A model generated the notes under the pieces. The model saw nothing but the letters and a program-made list of their open reading frames with translations. It was not told the DNA's origin and ran no database searches. Of a DNA stretch of 64,000 nucleotides, positions 14,241-27,430 are shown piece by piece; within the stretch, counting starts at the first letter, position 1, and the number at the start of each line of letters is the position of its first letter. Origin of the DNA: Raillietiella orientalis (taxonomy: Eukaryota); NCBI GenBank assembly GCA_036172245.1, contig JAYWIR010000032.1, forward strand, positions 2,170,001 through 2,234,000, given 5' to 3'. The translations under genes were made by a program, and so were the position numbers.

Positions 14241-17109
14241 AAGGAAGTGGAAAAGAAGTATCATCTTGCACGGTGATGCTTGTCGGTGAAATTCCTTCGG
14301 GAATCTCGAATCGGTACACCGTGGTCCACGCACCAAGATCATGCTGACGAGCTCATTGGTCGCAGGCAGGGAGATGCACATACCGTGTTCTTCGCATACT
14401 GCCCGGAACTGATGTTGTGCAGAAGACATTCACTCGAAATTCACACACTCGCAAATTGGAATTCACGGAACTTGCGTTGCCTCCGTGCCAGAATGAGCGC
14501 ACTGATCCGAACGAAGGGAATCGTGAAGGGAATGACGCGAACACGTGTGCCATGTCCACGTGGACCCTTCAGGAAACGGAAAACGCATGCTTTCGATGTG
14601 GTCTCTGACCAACTCCGTTGCCAGCGTACAGCGTACTGACTGACGACGAATCTACCGATTTACGGAACCCCCGAAAAAAAAAAAAAAAAACAGAGACAAG
14701 CGAGAGGAACGATTTGCGATAAGTTGAAAAGAAAAAAGAAAATACAAAAGTTACGGTTTTGTTAGTGAAAAATTAATCATCTTTTCGCCATTCCGGATAT
14801 TTCTGTGTATCACTTTGCAGTGCAAAAGAATGAACCTTCACTTGCGAAAGCATTTCTTGAGTCTTTCCTCACAGGATTGTGATGCTTGTCATCACGGCCA
14901 CCCATGTGTTCCGCAACGATGCTTGTTGCTTAGCAAACGATAATCTTTCTTACGAAAGAAAGCTGTGCTCATGCGTAGTTGGGTAGCTCGAAGGGTCGCA
15001 ACATCATTCTATTCCTGGAGAAAGTCCGAATCCAGTCAGCATTGCTTGTGAATTCGAAACTTGGTACCAGATAATGAATCCAATCCTGCAGTAATGCTGT
15101 ACATCTGTGAATCCGAAGCTTCGTATTTGCTTCCGAGGTCCATCCCAAAGCGAATGTCCTTGCTCCTCAATCCGAAACACAGTGTCGTACCTCCAAGGTA
15201 TCTCTGAAGTATTTCTGTATTGTCAATTCGAAAACACAGTTGCGCTGCTGAAGCAGTAAAGCACAAGAGAAGCAAAGCATAAGTGAGATAAGTGTTTATG
15301 AGAATGTCTTAAATGACGCAGGTTCCAGATAGTAATCAATGCCTTGTGCATGGCTTCCAGGTTGAGTGAATTATATCTGTGAATTCTTCTGAGCTGTGGT
15401 TGATTTGATTCCAAATGTGATGCGACTGTGTTTCGGGAAAGCGAAATCCAATTCCGTGAAGAACAAAAGTTTGCATCCGACAGAAGGAACTCAGGTGCTG
15501 TTTGGAAAGTCACAGGATGCTAGCGTTCCTTTTGACAAACATGAGGAGAACAGGGAAGAGCCCTACCTCCTGGCTATCAGTGAGTCCTCCCAGGTTAATT
15601 TGAAAACATCTCATTTCTTCACTACAAAGAAAGGTGAGCATAAGTTGAACGAAGTGGACGAAGCGGGAAGCACTGAAAGCGAAGGTTCGAGAAGCCTGCC
15701 CGACTACTGAAAAAAGTTCCGAGAAGCCCGAAGAAACTACCTTGCTCTTTAAAGAAAGCTCCCTGCCAGAGGGAAAGAGAGATGGAAGAGCTATTAAGTA
15801 AGGAGGGGGGCGACACAAGAAACTGGTAGAGAAACGAAAGAAGAAGAAAAAGAAAGAAGAAGAACAGCAAGCGAAAGAGGAAAAGAAGCAAGATGAGGAG
15901 GAACTCAGAAAGAAAGTAGGTCAAAGTAAACTCAAGCAGCACGCAGTGAAAAAGCCAGAAGATCAGGTTGACCAGCAAAAGAAGGGACGCAGACCTGTGA
16001 AGGAGAAAATCGAGATTGTTGCGAGTGGAAAGAAAGAAGCATCAGAAACCAGTGTTTCTCAGGAAGGTCATAGGGATGCTGAACAAAGCAAGACCAAAAA
16101 CAAAAAGGTCACAAAACGGAAAAGCATGCTTTGCTTCCGATTCTCCAAAGCAGAAGAAAATGAGTACCGAACAACCGGAACTACAAGATGGGACCCTGCT
16201 GTCATTGCGAATGAACAAACGACTGAAACTGGAAGAGTCGGGCAGAATGCTTCTTAAAGACATAAGGGGGAACGTAACTCTGGTGAAGGAATTGCAGAAA
16301 GTTCCAAATTTTTACCAGATGCTCCTGACGGCACTCAAGGAAAGTAAAGGAAACGACCCCCCTTCCCCTTTCCCCCCTATTTCACGTAAGTCAGTCGATT
16401 CACCCGAGATAACACTGTCTCATCGAGATGTGCCTATTGGCAGAGGTATCCTCGAATACCGAAGGAATTTGGCAAAAATTTGCTTGAAGTGTTCTTCAAA
16501 AACATGCCTTCCTCTCAGACCTGTCCTTCATGAGTCGTGGAGTGCAATGCGACTTTGGAGATTCGTTTCATCAGTTCGGAGAAGGTTGGTAAAATTGGTT
16601 CTTGTTTTCATTCCTCCGGGACGCTTTACACGGATGCTGAGAAGAATTCGATGTAGCTGTGCGTCTACCTGTGCATCTGAATATGCACCATTGAGCACAA
16701 GCATGTGTTCACCTATGTGTGCTGTGTGTTGCGCATGAATGCGTGTGTCTGTGCACATACTGTGTGCGCAAGCGCTGCCCTGCTTGTGTGGCTAATAGGA
16801 ACAAAAAAAAAAGGAAAACGAAACTTTTGTTATGAACTGAGTCGATGGAATCGGATGACGATGATGATGTTCTCAGAAAACTGCATGCTTGTCTTCACCC
16901 CTCGTGCATCAGTGCTGGCAATTTGTTCTTGAAACGCTTCCAAGGCAAAGCAGGGATTTGTCTGTCCGAACTTGTCTTCAGTACTTTTCGAGCAGAACCT
17001 AACGGTTCCGGGAGGTAACAAATTACAGTTTTCAGGCAAATGATGGAAATTCTTCTTTTCTGTCTTTGCAGTTCTTCGACACGGTCCCACACCACCCGAA
17101 GGTGATAAT

Positions 17110-17190
17110 TCTTCAAGATAGGGGTGCCCCGGGAGAAGTCCGCCCTATGAATCCAGGAAGGGCTCGTACTCCGTTCCTCTCACGCCGGGG
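17110..17190 (+). repeat. Dispersed repeat family A, short copy
   Basis: cttcaagataggggtgccccgggagaagtccgccctatgaatccaggaagggctcgtactccgttcctctcac aligns to about 1775-1848. Confidence 0.75.
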
Positions 17191-17562
17191 ATAATCGCTG
17201 AGCCACCTCTTCGTGCGTAGAGCGTTGCCATGAGCTGGGTGCGTGGCAACCGTTTGCCGCAAGCGGGGGACAGTAGCGGCATGGAACGCCTCACGAAGAG
17301 GTCAGCCCGACAGAGGTGCTATCCATTGGACGAAACTTTTTGAGAATCGCCGCGAGATGGCCTCATTGGAGAACTGACAAACACTAACCAGCCAGCATCC
17401 TCCAGAGGATGAACAGGCCGTCGGAAGACACATTGGAATCCCTTCCCAGCCTCCTCCCCCTTCCCCGAACAAAGAACTTACAACTTTCACATTTCTTTTT
17501 GTTTTGCCTTTTCCCATCCCTTGTGTCTGAAAGATCCCAAGGAGCAACACGAGGAAATCTCC

Positions 17563-17746
17563 TCCTCCAATCCACGTTTCTGGGGCGATGTTCCTGAGGC
17601 AGCCGCGGATGACGGGAAACCCCTGGCGAACGCGGTGATGCAGACACACGTAGCCCGAAGCTGTCAACCGGCACTCTGCTGTAAGGTAAGCTGCCTTTCT
17701 TCAAAGGGGTTGATGAGGCCGCCGGGAAGCAAGCCAAAAAAGAGTG
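17563..17746 (+). repeat. Direct repeat B, copy 1 (~185 bp)
   Basis: Near-identical to 21098-21281 (ctccaatccacgtttctgg...gccgggaagcaagccaaaaaagagtg), about 90-95% identity by eye. Confidence 0.9.
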
Positions 17747-20700
17747 AAAAGAAACTGCAAAGTAGGTGGCTCACCGCTGGTGTTGCCGAAGCTCGAGCGA
17801 GTGGCGGCCTTAGATGATGGCGCGGATGCAGCACAAGGTCGTGATCACTGCTGCAGACGAGAGACTTCGCGAGAGAAATCACCGCAGTGGTTCAGCTCGC
17901 GAATCCTGAAGATGCAGGGTGGCTGAAGCCATCCGCTCCCACAGCCGACAAAAGTCACCAGAAGATGCGGGGGTGGCGATTTTCTCGCCCTGCACCCTGC
18001 TAACCTCGGGAGTGACTCTCTCCCCCTCGTCACAGGTACAGGCGCTTGCTGTAAGAGAAAAAGCACCACATTGTGTTGCCGCCTCAGGGGTCAGCATGGA
18101 ACCGTCCAGGGGAAGGACGCGCAGTTCTTCCGGGGGCACACTCAAAGGTTCAGCTCGACCGCGGAGTCCCTTCGTTTCCAAGCAGGGAGTGCCGTCCCGG
18201 CCAGCACTTTGGTGACGCACCTCCTAGGAGTTTTTCCGCTGCTTGGATGGTGCACTGTATCCGCTCCACGCAGGTAGGCAACTGCCGTTGCTTCCCTATG
18301 TTGGAGACAGTGCTGCAGCCAAAGGTGGGGCGGTTGCGCCGGCCCACTCGAACGATTCCTTGACGATTCTTCGCGGGAATATCCTGCTGAACCGCTGGAC
18401 GAGCACAAGATCATGCGGACTGGTGCTCCTCAACCACGTCGACTGCACGGTGCCTCCTCGACTCGGCATCGAGGAGGCACTGTGCATTCTTGGCATCCAC
18501 TCTTCGTTTGCCCAGAGGGCAAGCCCCCCGATGTGACCTCCTTCGTTGCACCTTGTGCACTAAATTGTAAGCCGCTGCCCTGATGCAATTTGTGGTTCTT
18601 CTTGTCGTGGGTCTAGTTCTGCTCTACAATAGGTCTGCTTGTTCTGTGGACTTTACGTTTCCAGTCGTCAGGCATCCATCTACACGGGCAAAACCTGTCG
18701 TTTTGCCCGTGTAGAAATTCGAAACCATCGATCGCGGGGACTTTGATCTTGGTAGCTCAATGCTGGAGACTCCCCTCTTCTTCTGCTGGACGGGGGAGAG
18801 TCACCACTATGGGAACTTTGGATTCCGGGAACTGATGCTGGAGCCTTCAATTCGCCTTCTGCCACTACGTCAGCATCAGCGGCCGATTTGCAGGACGCTG
18901 TCGTCGAGCAGCTGGAGCGCACTTCGCTTGGAATCTGTATTAGTCCCACTCGCTCATCCGCTCAGTGAAGGTCCTTGAAAAACGTCCCTGAGTGTTTCGG
19001 TTCGTTACAGAAGTACTCCAGTTGGCAGCACATCGGGGCGTCCAGGAAACGAAGAGGTGTGCAACAGGTCTTCGGACATTCGGACACGGGGGAAACGTGA
19101 CCACGCTCGTGCGCAGCCGATGCAGGCGATGGGGAGCAGTGCAAGAGGAGAAAATGGAAACGACGAAGAGACGAGACACGCGGTCGGCAAGTCCGCTCCC
19201 GGAATGATCAGCGCCAGAGTCGCCTGCTGGCTCGCATCCCTCAGCCCGCACGTAGAAAGGCCGTTCCATCACCACGGCAGCGCAGCCGGTATTACTACTG
19301 GAAGCAGCATTGATTCGCAGCGGAATCACCAACAGCAGCAGATTCTGGTTGGTAGTGTTTCGACTTCAACCAGGAGACGCCGGGATGTTCACGGAAAAAA
19401 GGAACCAACCTACAAGTCACCGAATCTTTAGAAAACAGCAATAACAAAACAAAGCACTTTAGAGAAAATGACCACCGGCACGCAGGACGACTTCCAGGGA
19501 AGTCCGGAGCTGGAGAGAGGGGACATTGAATAAATTTAAAACAGGAAAATGTACAGGGTCTTTTCTTTCAGCCATTCCTTCCTCCCATGAGCGGATGCTG
19601 TGTGCTGGAGATCTCTCTAGAGAATTCTTTCTGGAGACGAAGTCATCACGTCAACTGTCCTCATCACGACATCTGCCATCCACATGGCCTGTGTTCGCTG
19701 AGCCGGGACTCCATCAATTGGCAGACTAGGAGAGGACGCGGGTGCAATGTGTCTTTGAGATCACGGTGTCTGTAGCGAGTCTTCCTCGCATGGAGAAATG
19801 CTGTAACAAATTCATTAATGCGTCCTCCGGTCCGCAGGGTAACAAACGCAGCCACCTCCAGCGCTCCTGAAAAGCACCGCAAGCCATCAAGGGTGCGAGA
19901 ACCCCTGGCACATTCAGGGGATGCAACACCCCCGGCAACCTGGCACCTGCACTGCTGGCATCAAAGTCCCTGGTTGCAGAAGCAAAAGAACATCCTGTTT
20001 CCGCCTCAACGGAAGCACCATGCTGTCCATGATAATGGAGAGGTTACGAGTTCTTTGGAAAGTGCACCAAACAGGTCGCTGCAGCGAAGGAGTCCCCTCT
20101 GGCCAAGAACGAGAGCTCATCAACTCGCTCGTCTTCCATCCGTCAAGGACTTCCTCGACTCCTACAGTTTTGCAGGAGAACTTCCATCCGCCAGGTCATG
20201 ATGTGCTGTCGTTGCTTACCCTCAGAGAACACGCTGCTGCTGCGGACAGGGGTGTGATGGACATCCGAAACCACTGGATCCAGTCCTGGAGGGTATATCC
20301 CGGAGGTTTGCAAAGGAGTCTCCGCAGGGGACGAGTTTCTTCCGGGAGCACTTGGAGAAAGGATCCTAGTGCCTTCATACATTCAAGTTATTGGAGTGGA
20401 AGAAGATCAAAGAAAGGGCTCCCACGGGCAAGGACGGTTGCCCTGAGGGAGGAGCTGGATCGCGTCATGCTGAATTGGTCGTGCGGAAATTAAACTGAGG
20501 CAAGCAATTTGGCAAAGAGCGTTAGCAGACGGAACTGCGCCTGCAGCCTCATTTTATGGGTTGTCAAAAAGTGTCGGAAAGTCACCAAGTCTTTCAGGCA
20601 GATCTGGGGACCTTGCAGCGCCACACGGGTCTTTCCCAAGGAGCTCCGGGGCACGGACCTGTACCGAATAAAAGGGAGGACAAAAGAAACACCAGGGACG

Positions 20701-21097
20701 GAGGAAGGGGGAGACAAGGGCCTCACAGACAAATGAACATCTCTGCAAGGAGGAGCTGCTACCAAGGGACGGGCGCAGAGGTTCGCAACCCTCTGAGGAG
20801 GCGGGCATATTTTTCGGGCGCTCCGCAGAAGGGGATGCGCCCGCCTTCCTTCTCGAGTCGGTGACCCGAACGAGCAGCGCTCCAATGGGTCACTGACTCG
20901 CAAAGTGCGTTGCACCTTTTCGACGCGAGTAGTTTCATGAGTTGACGGTCGTTTGCAAGTGGTTAAGTGGGTAGTTTGGTCCCAAGGAATGGGCAAGAAG
21001 CCACTTCCGACCGCGAATCCGTCCATCACCACACCCGTGGCGAGACGACCCGCCCCACAGGATGGAAACCGGGAGAGCTCCAAGGGGACGAGAAAAT

Positions 21098-21281
21098 CTC
21101 CTCCAATCCACGTTTCTGGAGCAATGTCCCTGAGGCAGCCGCGGATGACGGGAAACCCCTGGCGAACGCGGAGATGCAGACATACGTAGCCCGAAGCTGT
21201 CAACCAGCACTCTGCTGTAAGGTAAGCCGCCTTTCTTCAAGGGGGTGATGAGGCCGCCGGGAAGCAAGCCAAAAAAGAGTG
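21098..21281 (+). repeat. Direct repeat B, copy 2
   Basis: See 17563-17746; ORFs 17302..17667 and 20490..21203 share their N-termini. Confidence 0.9.
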
Positions 21282-24089
21282 GACGTCTGCAGAGAGGACC
21301 TACAGTCCCTCATCATCCAGGAAGGGAGCGACGGATAGGAGGCGATCTGCAGAAGTGCAGAATTCGCCCAACATCTTCTCCCCACCCTACTGAACATCGC
21401 AGGACAGTGCGTCTCCCCCGCAAAGGAGGATCGGTCCTTCGTCCTCCACCTCAAGGCCTTCGAGTGTTTCTGCGACCGCGACGTCCTTACCGCGTAAGCG
21501 GATCGCGCCATTGTGCACGCCCTATGTCGGAAAGCGGATCCCACGAGGGGCATCCACTGAGGACGTCTACGATGTGCTCTCCGTGGCGCGCGTTTCCCCC
21601 CAAAACAGACGAAAATCTCGCACAAACCGGACATCGGCGGAAGACTCCTGGGTCTCTGGTTGGTGATCAGAGCGGAGGTGCGCGGCGAGAAGCGGCGGCC
21701 GAAAAGAAGAAGTCCGGAGGTCGAGTGCGGCGAATGCATGCAACTGGGGCACATCGGGTGCGCACGCCCTGCACTGGCAGCGGGAGCTTCTCGCCCAGCA
21801 TCCTGCGATCCGCCACGTGGGGAGGATAGGCCCGCGAATCCAAGCATCGCCGAACGGGAACTCGATAGGACTATCCTCGATGGCAGCGACGCCCCTTGGA
21901 CAGTCGGCATGCATGCAACAACAGGTTCCCTTCTGCACGCCCTCTCCAGATGCGCACGCGTTTTCGCGCGGCTGCCCTCCAGAGAAGCGCGCCGTCGTGT
22001 CGGGGAGAAACGTTTCGCTTGGCTGCTGGGACAGCACCACGCCGGTGGCTGCCTTACTGTTTCAGTGGCAGAGACCAGATCGCTCGGATCGATGACGACC
22101 GTGGATGTGTGGCTGGCGCGAAAACCTTCTCCAAGTTCCTTAGCAAAGTGGTTTTCTCGGTACTCCACCTTTGGAGGAAGAGAGTTGAGGGGAATTCGAG
22201 GGTTGTTCAAGTTCTATCCTGTCCCTACGCATCCGACCATCCCTCTCCGGTGTCTCTGTGATTACCTACGGAAGCTGTAGATGACGTTGCCATTGATTAC
22301 CCTGTTGCCGCTACGGCAGCTAGGGACGCTGCTTTCGTGTCCGCGGTCGCATGTAGCGTAGCCACCATCGTATCGATCGTGCCACTAGGCAACCGTGATG
22401 CCTTCGATGCTCCCCGTTGACGTCTCACTGCTTTCTGGCAGCAGACATCGTCAACCTGCATGCTCTTCCGCGACGCTTACTCGCTTGGGGCACGAACGCG
22501 CGAGAAATTCCAGTCTAGGACACTCGAACCAGGGGAGCCACTGCGAAGACGAGATGTTCCTCCCAGGAAGAATTCTCCACCATCAGGATTTGCCGTGCTT
22601 CTAAATATCCAAGAATGCACATGAATTCGGTGTCAGCACCCGCTACGCAGCACCCCTCCCGCCCCCCAAGAGTCAATTAACGCCTAGACTGCGAGACAAC
22701 ATAGGCTTTAAGGACAAGGGAGACATCAGCGTTCCAGGATAGCACGTGGCCACGTGGCCGCAGAAACCGTGCCCTCCCTTTTCTGAACCTGTGGAAATCT
22801 CGAACCAATTCCGGAAGAGAAAACGTCGATGCAATGCCGGATATTGCGCCGGTCCAGCACCTCTCAAAGCACTCCTGATCGTGAGAATGCGTGCACCCCT
22901 GTCTCCGACGGTCCAGGTTTGTCGGTCCCAACCACACCGACAACCTACACACCAGAACTTTTCCTGAAGAAGAAAACGAAGAAACATTGCTGCGGAGGAA
23001 GGAACGCCGAAGAGCAAGGTCGGCGTTGTCCGACATAACCAGGAAGAGAAGGTGGCGCTTTCCTTAGCATAGTGAGTTGAGCACACCACCGCAGCCTCAG
23101 TAGCAGACAACGAACGTGTCCACTTAACTGCTTGCACAGCAGAAGACAGTCACTCGGAGACCAGAAGAGCAAGACGAATGCTCCTCCTAATTCAGGGACG
23201 ATGCTCCGGAACAGACGCCACGCCCGAGACCAAGAAAAGTGGTGCTTCCCACCCGCAATACGAGCCACGGTATGCCCCATCTCTCGCTGGAGGCTAGAGG
23301 TGTCAGCCTCCTGGATGAACGCCGCCATCCCCGTGCACACTGGAAAACGTTCGCTCTTCATCCCAAGGCACTCCCGCGGAAAGGTGGCGGGCAAAGCGAG
23401 CTGCGGGAGCGGACCCGCAATAGCGCGCGCCTGAAAGGAGAGAAGTGCCGGGCGAGCAGCGAGGCGCAGCTCTACCGTCGTGCCAGCAAACAACGGGCGT
23501 GCGCACATGGAGAGGAGGGAAGCCAAAGACATCATCACCAGCACAGTGGCACTCCTCAGAAGGGAACGACCGCACTCTGCACTGCAAAACGACGCCTTCC
23601 AGCATCCCTGACGATGAAGTGTTGCTCTCCATCTTCCGTTCCTCATTACTTGTCAGCACCGTTTCGTGCGACCAGCGTCACTCCTGGGTGGCACCTCTAT
23701 GGAACTCGTTCTCGCGTGAAGCCATCCCGCTGCAAGACCGCACTCATCGCCTTCCCAAGCGCGCGCTTCCTTTTTCCCTTCCGAAGTAGGAAGGCTGCAA
23801 ACCGCCCACGCTTTCGAACGACACTCGCCGCTAGAAGCAGAATTTCAAACAACGGATGTTTGCCACCTTGCCAGGTCCACACGCCGTTTGTCCTGTGGCT
23901 GCTACGTGGGTAAACGACAAACGAGGAACTCCTAGGTTGGTGATGCACCATTGGCATGAGAACACCGCTGATCCGGAGGCAGCGCCCGATGACGCGATCT
24001 CTCCTGAGATCTCCTGACTCGCATCCACGGAACTCAGACTTTGACGTCATAAACCTCTGCCGATATTCCCGGAACAGAGAAATGAACAG

Positions 24090-24159
24090 TGCAGAACACA
24101 GCAAAAGACATGCGCAGAGAGCGTTTCGAGAGTACGCGTGTGCACCTGGACTTGCAGAG
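24090..24159 (+). repeat. 70-bp internal direct repeat C (second copy at 26768-26837; mirror copies ~45853-45922 and ~43175-43244)
   Basis: tgcagaacacagcaaaagacatgcgcagagagcgtttcgagagtacgcgtgtgcacctggacttgcagag matches 26768-26837 with a few mismatches. Confidence 0.85.
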
Positions 24160-27100
24160 CCACCCCAAGCTTTCCGACGCTTTGCCCCTCCACGGATGGA
24201 GAAGACGTCGTTCTTTGGCAACTCTGCCTCGTGCAGAGCGACCTCTTTCCCCGGTCCCCCTTGCGAAGCGCAGTCTCTTCCATTCGCCAGCCGAGCAAGC
24301 GCCTTCGCGCTCCCAGAGGCGCGTGGAACGCGTCCGCACCACGCGTCCAGCCTACGGAAGGAAGGCGCAGGCGCACGGAATGCGCCTGCGTACGCCGGCA
24401 CAGCCAAAGCCACGGACGGCCGCCGTTGCGTTTCGCCGCGTGATGGTCACCAGTGCAGTGCAAGCAACACGAGCTCTCCCTTCCCGGAGGATGCTCCGGA
24501 ACAGCGACGCGACCAGCGGCTCTCGTGGAGGCAGATCATTCGTTTTCCTCTTCGCGAAACCGGAAACGCCGAAGTCGCTCTTCGCAGCGGCTGCTCCCGG
24601 TCGGCCGCCGCTCGAAGGACAAACCACGGCAGCCACGAACGTACCAGGAGATTGTCGTTCCCAGCACAGGAAAGAGAATAAACGTTTGCAGAGGAACCAA
24701 CCCCAGGAACGTTCCGGCAGCATACCCCGAAAGGAAGGTCGTCTCCTTTTGGCTTCTGCACGGGAACCGCGGAAGCAACCCGGAAACCCCTGGATGCGCG
24801 CAGACATCCGGCGTAATCACTTCCAATCCCCGCTAACGAGCGGTTGCATCCGGTCGTCGACCACGCACACCTGTCATTCGGGTGGCACACCCCCAAGCCC
24901 AGCAGATCAACGACGACCTGCGGTGTGACCCGAAACCCGCGACGCACTTTTCACCCTGGGCGTTGACGCTTCAAGAGGATTCGAACCCGCAACGCTTGGT
25001 GACGTGCTCGGCCAGCAGCAGCAGTCGCACGGCCTGCACAGCGGACACGAGAGTATCCTTACCGCCTTCCGGCTCCGCTCATCCCAACCGCCCCCATCCG
25101 CGATCGCAGCATCGCCGGCCAGGGAGCTCGTTCGTGGCGCGCGCCTCGAGCATCTGCAACCAGCATCCCAGGGGCGATCCGCACGTCAAGGCGCTGCTGA
25201 CGGCCTGCAAGACGCGAGCAGCACAGCAGGACGCTGCGGCGCGGTGGACCACCCGCGTCTCCGCGTTCCATATAGAACTCTGCGTGGGCGGAGAGCGCGT
25301 GCTCGAATCCATCGATCCACAATCCACGCAGTGAATTTAACGGACGCATTTGATGGGCGGCTCGTGGCCTGCGAGCCGTTGTCATGGAGCATCTGCCTCT
25401 TCACGGTAGCCGTTGCTCCTCGCGTCAGTCAGACGGCGAGAAGCGCACGCGTCCCGGGCTCGCCGGCGCCGGCGCTCCGCATCGCCAGGCGGCAAGCGCA
25501 CGGCAGAACGCTGCCCCTTGCGCCTCGGGATCCGCGCCTCTCCATACTCGCTGCACCCTCCCAAAGGCGGCTAGAGACCCGACGGCGAGGAGACCGGTTG
25601 CGCGGTCAAGCGACCACAGCCCGATTCGCTCTCTGTTTCCACGTAACCTTGCGCCAGAAACGTCGTGACCACGAAAGTGCGGCTCACGAAGAGAACGAGC
25701 GGAGTGTGAGCTGCTGTAGAAGGAAGCAAGGGCGTCGCTGTAGCGCCCTGGAGATGACCTCACTTCCGGGTGGTCTCCGGTACACGGCTCTTGCGAGCCG
25801 CCTTGCCGCGCTGAAGACGGGGTCTCCGCAATTCCGAGGACATTCCGGATCTGCGCATTGCCACGCGACGCGACGCGGCATACGATGAGAGAGGAGGAAG
25901 TGTGGTCCCTCCCGCAACTGGTCCATCGCTACGTCCATCAGAGTGCACGTCGCCTTTCAGCAGCGACGCCGTGGAGGATTTCCTCATACGAGATGAGATG
26001 GGTTCACCAACGGAAGATTGGCGCGGGCGAGCCGACTGACTCGCGTCCGAAGCGTGACAGTGCGCGTGTGCACTCGGCGCGGCCGTGTCTTCCTTCCGGT
26101 CCAGCTCCCAGCTTGCCGCTAAAGAGAGAGCCGTCGGACCGCAACCGCCAGCAGCTCCTGTAAAGCCAGGCGAGCGTGCGGATGGCGTTTAAGCCTTCTC
26201 GGTCGAAGGGGTGGCACCCGCGGCGATGAGGAAGGCAGGCCGATCGTCCTCCCATCCGAGGGCAGCCTGCCGATCCGCCATTGCCCTTCCACAGACCTGC
26301 CTACCCGTTCCCCTCCTCCTGAGTCACCTCAGAAGCTGCGGAACGAAGGGGTCGCGCCGGCGTCGACCTGGGGCGAGCTTTATTTCCGCGTTCCGAAGTC
26401 CAGCGGCCTTTCCTGGCGTCCTCCTGCGTCTCGACCCGAGGTCCAGCAACGGGATCGTGTCGCCACCTGACGTCACGTCATCGGAATGCTCCGTCGTCGC
26501 CTGGAAGCAGCCTTCCGCTGGCGCCAGCGGTCTCGAAGCCAGGGATCCACCATGGTCCTCCACCCGACTTGCCCAACGGGCACCGGTACCTCGCAGGAGC
26601 CGCGTGACCCGTGGCAACCGCAGCGGCCGTCCTGCTACCACGTCGGCGTTCCTACGAGGGTGCCAAGAATCCCGCGCCACGAGGCTGGAGGTCGCAGCAG
26701 GCGGTCTCTGAGTGGACCATGACTTCGAGAAATGCACGCTGATCTCATCCAAGCCGAGTCTGGACAATGCAGAACACAGCAAAAGGCGTGCGCAGAGAGC
26801 GTTTCGAGAGGTCGCGTGTGCACCTGGACTTGCAGAGTCAGTCTTCCCCTGGGATGGCGTCGCCGGCTCGGTTAGGGGGGTAGCGCCTGGAGAGCGCAGA
26901 TCCCACCGGAGTGGACGTGGCTCCCGTCCTCCTGATCGCCCGAACGACCCCCACAGCAAATCCGGAAGGCGCGCTGCCGACTGCCCTGTAGGCTCCGTGG
27001 CCCACGCGTGGACCCGCGTAAACATCTGGCGTGGAGGCCTTTCGGGGACTCCGCGACCGGGGGGAGATCGCCGTGTGCCGCAGCATCCGGGACGCGAGCC

Positions 27101-27430
27101 CCCTCGCTGGCGCTGATCCTAGCCTCGCCTGGCCGCCTGCATCGCTCTCTCTCTCCCCCCTACCCCCGGGAAGGAAATTTCGCTCCCGCGGTGTCGTCGG
27201 GCGCGGGTCTCGGAAGTACTGGACGAAGCCGTCCCGCGCGCTGAAGGCGCCGCATCCTGAAAGCACCCGCTCACGGCAGCGAGCCTTCTTGCCCTCGTCG
27301 ACCCGTCCGCGACGCACCCGCGGGCTGCTGCGACTGACAAGACGGCGGGGGACGTGCCCTGTGCGTTGGGATGCTGTATTCCGGACAATGGGACCTGCGG
27401 TGAGAGAGGCGGGCGGCGCCTCGTCCGCGC

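Noticed and set aside
15400..16740. Lys/Glu-rich ORFs as a host gene
   Set aside because: Low-complexity, purine-rich and fragmented across frames, with no recognisable domain.
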